Of a stretch of DNA of 64,000 nt, positions 48,709 through 56,922 are shown piece by piece. Each line of letters starts with the position of its first letter. Positions within the stretch are counted from its first letter, which is position 1. Source of the DNA: Flavobacterium sp. (GTDB lineage Bacteria > Bacteroidota > Bacteroidia > Flavobacteriales > Flavobacteriaceae); assembly GCA_965284675.1 (NCBI GenBank), contig OZ260109.1, positions 3,257,167 to 3,321,166 of the forward strand, written 5' to 3'. The notes beneath the pieces are model-generated. The model saw nothing but the letters and a program-made list of their open reading frames with translations, searched no databases and was not told where the DNA came from. The translations under genes were made by a program, and so were the position numbers.

Positions 48709-48772
48709 TTTTAGACTTCTTAGATCGTTGGATTTTTAGAATCTTAGATTTTACATTCGGTGTTCTATTAGC

Positions 48773-48801
48773 ATAGACGAGAATGGTTTGAAAAGGGTTG
48801 C
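48773..48801 (-). promoter_or_regulatory. Putative ECF-dependent autoregulatory promoter
   Basis: GCAACC-N16-CGTCTAT about 65 nt upstream of the ECF start. Confidence 0.65.
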
Positions 48802-48807
48802 ATGAGT

Positions 48808-48942
48808 AATGTGAAAATGTGGCAATTTGTCAATGTGTCAATTTTAAAAACTTGATAATCAATTTATTAACATGTAAAAAAATAAAATATTTTAATCAAC
48901 AATTGATTCATCGGCTAATTGACACATTGCCAAATTGACACA
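48808..48942. repeat. Degenerate AATGTG(G/T)CAATTT repeat with an inverted distal arm
   Basis: 48812-48845 matches 60195-60228 at 32/34; inverted AATTGACACATT copies at 48917-48942. Confidence 0.7.
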
Positions 48943-49920
48943 TTATTTCTTCCGTTCGATGACGTAGTTCACCATCAAAATTAAACTGTCCTTGTATTCG
49001 GATGAAGGAAAATCGTGAAGTAGTTGAAGTGCTTGGTGTTGGAATTCGACCATTTTTTGTTCGGCATACGCCAATCCGTTTTGGTCTTTTACAAATTGAA
49101 TGACTTCTTTGACGCGTTTTTTGTCTTTATTGTGGTTTTTAATCGAATTGATGCACCATTTTTTTTCAGAACCCGAACAGTTATTCAAGGCATGAATTAA
49201 GGGCAAAGTCATTTTTTGCTCTTTGATGTCGATTCCCGTTGGTTTCCCAATGGCTTCATCGGTATAATCAAATAAATCATCTTTTATTTGGAACGCCATT
49301 CCGATAAGTTCACCAAACTTGCGCATGGTTTCTACTTGTGCTTCATCTTCAGAAACCGATTTAGCACCCAACGCACAACAAGCCGCAATAAGAGTCGCGG
49401 TTTTTTGACGGATGATTTCGAAGTAAATATCTTCCGTAATATCCAATCGGCGTGCTTTTTCAATTTGAAGTAACTCGCCTTCACTCATTTCGCGCACTGC
49501 GACAGAAATGATTCGGAGTAAATCGAAATCGCCATTATCAATAGAAAGCAACAATCCTTTCGAAAGTAAATAATCGCCCACTAAGACTGCAATTTTATTC
49601 TTCCAAAGTGCATTGATAGAGAAAAAACCACGTCGTTGATTGCTATCATCTACCACGTCGTCATGCACCAAAGTTGCGGTGTGAATTAATTCGATCACCG
49701 AAGCACCGCGATAGGTTCGTTCGTTTACGGTTCCGCCCGAAATCATTTTTGCCGTTAAGAAGACAAACATGGGTCGCATTTGCTTTCCCTTGCGATTGAC
49801 GATATAATACGTGATTCTGTTGAGCAACGCTACTTTGGAAGACATGGATTCGAAGAACTTTTTTTCAAAAAGTTCCATTTCTTTCAAAATGGGTTGTTTT
49901 ATTTGCGAAGTGATGTTCAT
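48943..49920 (-). CDS. Long-chain polyprenyl diphosphate synthase (IspB-like)
   Basis: KGKQMRP, ELIHTATLVHDDVVD..RRG, QKTA, FQIKDDLFD. Confidence 0.93.
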   Translation of the reverse strand: MNITSQIKQPILKEMELFEKKFFESMSSKVALLNRITYYIVNRKGKQMRPMFVFLTAKMISGGTVNERTYRGASVIELIHTATLVHDDVVDDSNQRRGFFSINALWKNKIAVLVGDYLLSKGLLLSIDNGDFDLLRIISVAVREMSEGELLQIEKARRLDITEDIYFEIIRQKTATLIAACCALGAKSVSEDEAQVETMRKFGELIGMAFQIKDDLFDYTDEAIGKPTGIDIKEQKMTLPLIHALNNCSGSEKKWCINSIKNHNKDKKRVKEVIQFVKDQNGLAYAEQKMVEFQHQALQLLHDFPSSEYKDSLILMVNYVIERKK

Positions 49921-50078
49921 CTATAATCACCCAATGAATATTGAGTTTTCAAATATACGACATAGAAACTATTTTGAAAAAAAATTGTGATTTGATTAAA
50001 CCTTTTGTTAGTTGTGATGTCCAAATAAGCAGTTAAATAATTATACTTTTTAATAATCAGTTAAACCAAAAATACCTT

Positions 50079-50963
50079 ATGAAAACAACAACAAAATTTA
50101 TTTTAGGATTAGGAGTAAGCTTATTGATTATGAGTTGCTCTAAAGAAGACAATGCCAATCCCGACTTAACGGTTGAAGAAGCAACCATCAATGCCCGAAT
50201 TGATTTGGCCAACGACGATGTTTCGGACATAGTTGAAGAACAAGAGTCAAATACGTATGCGAATTCGGTCAATGGACGTTCCAATGAAATGCCCAATACT
50301 ATATTGAGTTCCTGTGCTACCATTACACGTGTTCCAGCATTTGGAACGCCTATCACTCCGGGAACTCAAGTCACCAAAACCATTGATTTTGGGACAATCG
50401 GATGTGTACTCAACAATGGTAATTTTGTAAAAGGAAAGATAATTATTTCGTTTCTATTCCAACCCAGCGCACCTTCGCATACCATCACCTACACTTTTGA
50501 TCAATTTTACCACAACGGAATTCTATTGGGCGGAACCAAAACGTTTACCCGTGTGATGAGTGTTGAAACTCCGAACGCTCCAAGTCATCCTATTGTAACG
50601 ATGAATATGGATTTGACTGCAACCTTCCCGAACGGAAATGTGTACACCCGTGTAGGACAACGCGTTCGAGAAATCATCGAAGGATTTGATACACCTGGAA
50701 TTGTATTAGACAATATTTATCGGGTTACAGGAAGTTGGACAACTACTTATCCTAATTTAAATGATTTAACAAGCACGATCACCACACCATTACGTGTAAA
50801 AATGAGTTGCATCACACCTCAAAAACCACTTTTAGTTTCGGGTGTCATTACGTTTGTACGAAATGGGAATTCGGCTACTTTGGATTACGGAAATGGTGTG
50901 TGTGACAATATAGCGGTATACACAATTGGTGGAAATTCATATAACATTGTCATCGGAAACTAA
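50079..50963 (+). CDS. Hypothetical beta-rich surface lipoprotein
   Basis: Lipobox IMSC followed by SKED; four further Cys; TIDFG..C and LDYGNG.CD motifs. Confidence 0.7.
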   Translation: MKTTTKFILGLGVSLLIMSCSKEDNANPDLTVEEATINARIDLANDDVSDIVEEQESNTYANSVNGRSNEMPNTILSSCATITRVPAFGTPITPGTQVTKTIDFGTIGCVLNNGNFVKGKIIISFLFQPSAPSHTITYTFDQFYHNGILLGGTKTFTRVMSVETPNAPSHPIVTMNMDLTATFPNGNVYTRVGQRVREIIEGFDTPGIVLDNIYRVTGSWTTTYPNLNDLTSTITTPLRVKMSCITPQKPLLVSGVITFVRNGNSATLDYGNGVCDNIAVYTIGGNSYNIVIGN

Positions 50964-50984
50964 ACGCTTTTACTTAAGTATAAA

Positions 50985-51014
50985 AGAGAAAACTCCCGTA
51001 ATTGGGAGTTTTCT
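50985..51014. terminator. Bidirectional terminator between the lipoprotein gene and rlmN
   Basis: AGAAAACTCCC-GTAATT-GGGAGTTTTCT. Confidence 0.85.
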
Positions 51015-52050
51015 ATTGTTTATTGGCCAACTGTCCACACGCTGCATCGATGTCTTTTCCGCGACTGCGACGCACTTTAGCGACAATATCGTATTTGGAT
51101 AATTCGGTGATGTACAAATCGATGGCCGCATCAGAAGCTTGTTGAAACTCGCCGTCGTCAATCGGATTGTATTCGATTAAATTGACTTTACAAGGAACGT
51201 ATTTGCAGAATTTCACCAAAGCATCGACGGCTTCTTTGGTATCGTTGATTCCTTTCCACACTACATATTCATACGTAATTTTACTTTTGGTTTTTCGATA
51301 CCAATATTCGAGTGATTCCTTTAAATCCTTGAGTGGAAAATTTTCAGAAAAAGGCATGATTTTCGAACGTACCTCATCGATTGCCGAATGTAAGGAAACC
51401 GCTAATTTGAATTTTACTTCGTCGTCAGCCATTTTCTTGATCATTTTCGGAATTCCTGAAGTCGAAACCGTAATTCGTTTGGGCGACATGCCCAATCCTT
51501 CATCCGACGTAATTAAATCGATGGCTTTGATGACGTTGTTGTAGTTCATCAGCGGCTCGCCCATTCCCATGAAAACGATGTTGGAAAGCGGACGATTGTG
51601 GTACAACCGACTTTCTCTATCGATGGCTACTACTTGATCGTAAATTTCGCCAGGCTCCAGATTTCGCATGCGTTTTAATCGAGCTGTGGCACAAAAATTA
51701 CAATCCAAACTGCAACCTACTTGCGAAGAAACACACGCTGTGGTTCGGGTGTTGGTCGGAATTAAAACACTTTCTACGATCAAACCATCGTGCAAACGAA
51801 CCGCATTTTTTACGGTTCCGTCTTCGCTGCGCTGCATTTGGTCGACTTTGATGTGGTTGATGACAAAATTCGCTTCAAGCATGGCACGGGTTTCTTTGGA
51901 TACGTTGGTCATGTCTTCAAATCCATGCGAACCTTTACTCCACAACCATTCGTATACTTGATTCCCACGAAAGGCTTTATCGCCGTTGGCTACAAAAAAA
52001 TCGCGTAATTGTTCTTTGGTTAAACTCCGAATGTCTTTTTTCTCCATCAT
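51013..52050 (-). CDS. rlmN: Dual-specificity 23S rRNA A2503/tRNA radical-SAM methyltransferase
   Basis: CVSSQVGCSLDCNFCAT, VFMGMGEPLMN, ITVSTSG, SLH, RGKDIDAACGQL; ATG at 52050 or 52047. Confidence 0.96.
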   Translation of the reverse strand: MMEKKDIRSLTKEQLRDFFVANGDKAFRGNQVYEWLWSKGSHGFEDMTNVSKETRAMLEANFVINHIKVDQMQRSEDGTVKNAVRLHDGLIVESVLIPTNTRTTACVSSQVGCSLDCNFCATARLKRMRNLEPGEIYDQVVAIDRESRLYHNRPLSNIVFMGMGEPLMNYNNVIKAIDLITSDEGLGMSPKRITVSTSGIPKMIKKMADDEVKFKLAVSLHSAIDEVRSKIMPFSENFPLKDLKESLEYWYRKTKSKITYEYVVWKGINDTKEAVDALVKFCKYVPCKVNLIEYNPIDDGEFQQASDAAIDLYITELSKYDIVAKVRRSRGKDIDAACGQLANKQ

Positions 52051-52076
52051 CCTGCAAAGGTAAAACAATTTGTGGA

Positions 52077-53774
52077 TTACGCTCGCTTTTCCAAAACCGT
52101 ATCTTCAACGGCTAAAATGTCTAAAGCGGTTTGATTGAATAGTTGTAGTGCTTGCGCCGGAGTTTCCACAATAGGCATTCCTTTTCGATTGAGACTCGTG
52201 TTGAGTAACACCGCAATTCCTGATACCTTTTCAAACGCTTCTACCAATTTATAAAATTTAGAATTCCATGATTTTTCAATGGTTTGAACGCGCGCCGAAC
52301 CGTCTTGATGGGTTACATTACACAATTTTTCGAGGAATTCTTTTTTGGTTCGGTCGACGAGAATCATATACGGACTGTAACGTCCGACTTCAAAATACTC
52401 ACTCACTTTTTCTTTTAAAACTGCCGGAGCGAATGGCCGAAAATCTTCTCTAAATTTGATGTTTCGGTTGATGTGATCTTTCATTCCGATTATGCCCGGA
52501 TGTGCTAAAATACTGCGTCTTCCTAATGAACGTGGCCCGAATTCAGAACCCGATTGAAACCAACCGATAGTTTTTCCTTGGTTGAGTTGTTGGGCACAAT
52601 AACGTAGTAATTCATCTTCGTTTCCGAATTTAATTGTATCATAATCTTCGGAAGAAATCAAGGCTTCATCGACTTCTTGCTTGGTATAGTTTTTTCCGAA
52701 ACACGTACTTCCATCGTGCTCCACTTTCGGCTTCTTCAAATATTCTAACCAACCGTAAAAAACGCACCCTAAAGCCAATCCGTTGTCGGCGGCAGCGGGT
52801 TCGATGTACAGGTTTTTGACTACTTTCAAATCGTCGAGTTTGGCATTTGCCACCGCGTTTAAGGCAACGCCACCTGAGTAACACAAATTTTCATTTGGAA
52901 ACTGTTCTACCCTATTTTTGACACAATGGATGACGGCTTGTTCCACTTGCTCTTGCGCCCATTTGGCTATGTTGGCATAATACTCAAAATGCTCTTTGAA
53001 GTAATCATACCCTTGTGATGGATTGTTGAAATGCGATTGCCAATCGTCTTTCACCAATAATCGCCCAGACTGAAATTCGAATGCTTCGAAATTGTACATT
53101 CCGGATGTTCCAAAAGGCGCCAAACCCATTAGTTTTCCGACATCGTCCATGTCTCCAAAAACATACTTACTGATGGAGGCATAAAATCCGCCAATCGAAT
53201 GCTGTGTTGTCGGCAGCTGAAATTTTCCCGACGATTGTTCGGCCATCACACTAAAATCTTTAACTAGAGGCGTGAGTTTTTGTCCGTTGAAATGGTAAAA
53301 ACTATCTTTCTCACATTGCATTTGATGGAGTCGAAAAAAAGAAGCATCGACGAAATCTTTTTGTTCGGGATGCAATTCGATAAATTGATCTAATGGACTT
53401 CCACAACCGTCAATTACCATCACAGTACAATCTGAAAAGGGCGAAGTTCCAACCGCGCTGTACGCATGAGCCAAATGATGTGAAATATCAATTATTTTAG
53501 GCTGATTGGAATCGGAGAACACGCGTTTTCCTTTAAAAAATTCGCGTTTCGGAAGTGTAAAATTTTCGCATTGGACTACAATAGTAATGTCGTCCAACGT
53601 AATTCCTTCCGCATCCAAACAATACTGAATGGCATCGGAATCGTTTCCGCCGTCGTGTTTGATACGCGTAATGCGCTCTTTTTCGATGGCCACGCAAATC
53701 GTTCCGTCTTTGAGCAAAACAGCCGAACCGTTGTGGGATAAACCTGTTCCGAGTACGTATATGGGTTTCGACAT
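52077..53774 (-). CDS. Carbamoyltransferase, NodU/CmcH/TobZ family
   Basis: SHNGSAV, EKERITRIKH, SHHLAHAYSA, VIDGCG, GKLMGLAPFG, SGGVALNAVAN, EFGPRSLGRRSILA, KFREDFRPFAP, LLNTSLN..G.PIVETP. Confidence 0.93.
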   Translation of the reverse strand: MSKPIYVLGTGLSHNGSAVLLKDGTICVAIEKERITRIKHDGGNDSDAIQYCLDAEGITLDDITIVVQCENFTLPKREFFKGKRVFSDSNQPKIIDISHHLAHAYSAVGTSPFSDCTVMVIDGCGSPLDQFIELHPEQKDFVDASFFRLHQMQCEKDSFYHFNGQKLTPLVKDFSVMAEQSSGKFQLPTTQHSIGGFYASISKYVFGDMDDVGKLMGLAPFGTSGMYNFEAFEFQSGRLLVKDDWQSHFNNPSQGYDYFKEHFEYYANIAKWAQEQVEQAVIHCVKNRVEQFPNENLCYSGGVALNAVANAKLDDLKVVKNLYIEPAAADNGLALGCVFYGWLEYLKKPKVEHDGSTCFGKNYTKQEVDEALISSEDYDTIKFGNEDELLRYCAQQLNQGKTIGWFQSGSEFGPRSLGRRSILAHPGIIGMKDHINRNIKFREDFRPFAPAVLKEKVSEYFEVGRYSPYMILVDRTKKEFLEKLCNVTHQDGSARVQTIEKSWNSKFYKLVEAFEKVSGIAVLLNTSLNRKGMPIVETPAQALQLFNQTALDILAVEDTVLEKRA

Positions 53775-53886
53775 TCGTGTATTCTTTGTGCTAAAAATAG
53801 TATTTAAATTGCAATTGACAAGAATTTTGGACGGTATAAAATCGGTTTATTTAGTACCTTTGGGGCGAATTAAAACCGTATTAATC

Positions 53887-54528
53887 ATGCATTTTCTGTC
53901 TGAAGATTTAGAGATTTACATCGAAAACCATTCCCAAAAAGAACCCGAGTTATTGGCGCAACTCAACAAAGAAACCTACCAAAAAGTGTTGTTACCACGT
54001 ATGTTGAGCGGACATTTTCAAGGACGTGTGTTGAGTATGTTATCGAAGTTGATTCGGCCAACCAACATCCTAGAAATCGGAACCTATACGGGTTATTCTG
54101 CTTTGTGTTTGTGCGAAGGAATGCAAGAAAAGGGCGTTTTACACACCATTGACATCAAAGAAGAATTGGTTGATTTTCAACGCAAATATTTTGACAAATC
54201 GCCTTGGGGCAATCAAATTGTTCAACATTTAGGAGAAGCGGTGGATATTATTCCGAAGCTCGATGTACAATTTGATTTGGTTTTTATTGATGCCGATAAA
54301 GAAAATTATATTCATTATTTTAATCTGATTGTTCCGAAGATGAACAAAGGCGGAATTATTTTATCCGACAATGTGTTATGGAGCGGAAAAGTGGTGGAAG
54401 AAGTCCATCCCAATGATCTATCGACGAAAGTATTGTTGGAATACAATCAGCTTTTAAACACCGATGCACGTGTTGAAACGGTTTTGCTGCCGATTCGCGA
54501 TGGTTTGACCGTAAGTCGCGTGTTGTAA
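53887..54528 (+). CDS. Class I SAM-dependent O-methyltransferase (COMT/CCoAOMT-like)
   Basis: Start MHFLSED; MLSGHFQG, ILEIGTYTGYS, FIDADK, DNVLWSG, LPIRDG. Confidence 0.92.
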   Translation: MHFLSEDLEIYIENHSQKEPELLAQLNKETYQKVLLPRMLSGHFQGRVLSMLSKLIRPTNILEIGTYTGYSALCLCEGMQEKGVLHTIDIKEELVDFQRKYFDKSPWGNQIVQHLGEAVDIIPKLDVQFDLVFIDADKENYIHYFNLIVPKMNKGGIILSDNVLWSGKVVEEVHPNDLSTKVLLEYNQLLNTDARVETVLLPIRDGLTVSRVL

Positions 54529-54549
54529 TTACTATCCGAAAAATAAAAC

Positions 54550-54585
54550 AAAAAAAAATCCACAGCGGTTAAACTGTGGATTTCC
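54550..54585. terminator. Terminator between the O-methyltransferase and ice-binding genes
   Basis: A tract, then AATCCACAG-CGGTTAAA-CTGTGGATT. Confidence 0.7.
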
Positions 54586-54602
54586 AAGTGTGTAAAAAGT
54601 GG

Positions 54603-56207
54603 TTATTGAGCAATTAAGCTTCCGGATTGAAGAATTTTGTTATCCGTAAGAATTTTGTAGAAATAAAATCCAGCTGGAAAATCGCTTACATCAATAGTAG
54701 TTGTCATCGTAGATAATGGTACTGTTTTCACTTGTCTTCCTAACGCATCGTGGATTATTAATTCGGTTTTAGTTGAATTGATTCCATCTGTCAAAACTAC
54801 GTTTAAGTAATCGGTAAACGGATTCGGATACAATTGTGCTGCTTGAACTTCTTTTCCGAAATCATTCAATCCCATGGTTCCGCAACCTACTGTCATCACC
54901 GAAGTTATCGCCGCAGTACTGATAGCGCCATCGGTTGTCATAATTCTACCGTTAACTTGTGCGCCCGTTGTTACTTCAACCGCGCCGTTATTACAAATCA
55001 ACGTTCCTTTGAATTCAGAAAAATCATTGATTAAAACCGCGCCGTCCACTTTCCAATAGACATTTTTGGCTTGTGTTCCATTGATTAAAATAACTTTAGA
55101 ATTTGTGCTAGTAGAAAAAGCACCATTGATTTGAATTACAAAAACGGCATCTTCATTATCTTGACCGTTCAGGTAAATATCTCCGGTTAAAGCTGTCGCT
55201 GCATTAAGTAAATAAGTATGTGGAGTCAACACTAAATCGTTTCCAAATTGAGCAGGATACAATAACTGAATATCGAAAGGCAAGGTATTAATATAAGTAT
55301 ATGCCAATAACAAGTCTTGTGCCGCGGCATTCGTAGAAGTATCAGGAACGGGATGAATCATTCCGTTTACCAATAAAGGATCAAAACCTGTAGTTAAGCC
55401 CACGTTTGTTCCGACATCACCCGTAAGATTGGTAATGCCTGAATTCGCAACGGCTCCGTTCGACGAAAAAATAGTATAACAAATGGCACTGTTCAAATCG
55501 GGTGCTATGGGTCCGGTTAAAACAGGACTTCCACATCCCATAGGTTTAACAGCTTCAATTCCGTTTACCGAAATGGCTCCAGAAGTCGACATCGCTCGCC
55601 CTTCCAAATTAACTCCTGTACCCAATGTAATGGCCGAGTTGTTTGCAATTAAAGTGCCTTTCATAATGGTTCCGGTGGCCAAACCCACTTGACCTTCAAT
55701 TTTCTAGAATACATTACAAGATTGAGCACCATTGATTAATTTTACTTCTGAAAAAGCGTTGCTGGAAAAAGCACCATCAATTTGAAAAATGAAAACAGCA
55801 GTAGGGTCATTTTGCGCGTCTAAGGTCAACTCATCACTTAAAGTACTCACACTTGCAAGAGAATAGATTCCTTCTTGTAAAACTTGACCATTTCCAATTA
55901 ATGGATCAATAAAATAATTCGGAATGGTCTCGTCCAACTGAATGTAAGCCAAATTTAAATCGGCGTTGGCTAATGCACTGACTCCGTTTGTGTTGTTCAT
56001 CACGCCATCGACGTTACCGAAACCAGTACTCGAACCGCTGTTAGAGCCTACATGGCCTGTTAAATGAGATGCGCCGGTATTGGTGATTGCACCAACGGAA
56101 GTAAAGAGAACGAAGTTTGCACTGGTGCCAAGATTAGGTGCTTGGGCGAGCGTGCTTAAGGAGAACAGCATTGTAAATGCAACTCCAAATTGTAATTGTT
56201 TTTTCAT
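54603..56207 (-). pseudogene. Ice-binding protein (two DUF3494 domains plus T9SS CTD) interrupted by an in-frame TAG at 55704-55706
   Basis: The two ORF-track pieces share a frame: ...GAQSCNVF*KIEGQVGLATGT..., while domain 2 reads GTQAKNVYWKVDGAV. Domain 1 has LTLDAQNDPTAVFIFQI; the CTD reads LYPNPF..IIHDALGRQV..GFYFYKI. Confidence 0.8.
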
Positions 56208-56361
56208 GATTTGGGACTTTAATTGCAGAGTTATTTCTGCAAAACAAAGTACCTATGTTAATTTGAATCTTGAGTTACATCTAAATAAACTGAATTTATA
56301 TATTTCATTGATTTTTAAACTATAATGAGATTAATTTCGTAGTGGTTAATGAAATTATATG

Positions 56362-56393
56362 AAAAATGCCCGATTACTCAGGCACTTTTTGCT
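56362..56393 (-). terminator. Terminator of the RND operon
   Basis: Minus strand GTGCCTGA-GTAA-TCGGGCAT followed by TTTT. Confidence 0.75.
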
Positions 56394-56402
56394 ACATTGA
56401 AT

Positions 56403-56588
56403 TTAATCTTTCACTCCTAATTTAGTCAAAATGTCTTCCATCAAACACCATTTAGTTATGGATGATTGGAGTAAATTGGCGCCTACAAAAGCGGTAAACC
56501 ACAACCAATTCTGATTGATGTAGATTGCTAAGAGCAAACTTATGAGGATAAATGTTCCAGCGATGGCTCGGATGATTCTGTTTTTCAT
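56403..56588 (-). CDS. DUF2892 (YgaP-like) small membrane protein
   Basis: R..RAIAG, two TM helices, FVGANLLQSSITKWCLME. Confidence 0.85.
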   Translation of the reverse strand: MKNRIIRAIAGTFILISLLLAIYINQNWLWFTAFVGANLLQSSITKWCLMEDILTKLGVKD

Positions 56589-56594
56589 GATTTC

Positions 56595-56900
56595 TTAATT
56601 TGATTTTTCTATGTTTAAAACGGCTACATGGATGTTGGATGTTGATTGTTGCTTCGAATTAAAATCGGATACTAAATCAAACAACGCATCGACATTTTCC
56701 TTTTTCACAAAAGCATAATATAAAATGGATTCGGTTTCATTCATTTCGGATGCGAACCAATTGTTTTCGATACTTTCTTCAGATACGTCGCTATAGCCCG
56801 TTACCTTTTTATAGGTATAGGTTCTGACATTCGTTTTTTTGAGCATCAATTTGACGTCGTCATCAAATGATGAAATTGCGGTGATGATGAGTAGTTTCAT
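56595..56900 (-). CDS. Small hypothetical protein with a P-II-like (ferredoxin-fold) pattern
   Basis: ATG 56900: MKLLIITAI (beta), DDVKLMLKK (alpha), TYTYKKVTGY (beta), loop, ILYYAFV (beta), KENVDALFDLV (alpha), IHVAVLNIEK (beta). Confidence 0.65.
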   Translation of the reverse strand: MKLLIITAISSFDDDVKLMLKKTNVRTYTYKKVTGYSDVSEESIENNWFASEMNETESILYYAFVKKENVDALFDLVSDFNSKQQSTSNIHVAVLNIEKSN

Positions 56901-56922
56901 TTCTTTAATTGTAAGTTGTGAA

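Noticed and set aside
53629-53886. N-terminal extension of the O-methyltransferase in the ORF track
   Set aside because: It is antisense to the carbamoyltransferase start and crosses the TACCTTTG promoter box; the real start is ATG 53887.
55704-55706. Pyrrolysine or selenocysteine recoding of the internal stop
   Set aside because: The codon is TAG at a conserved Trp position, no pyl/sel genes are in the window, and no recoding signal is evident; a point mutation or sequencing error is simpler.
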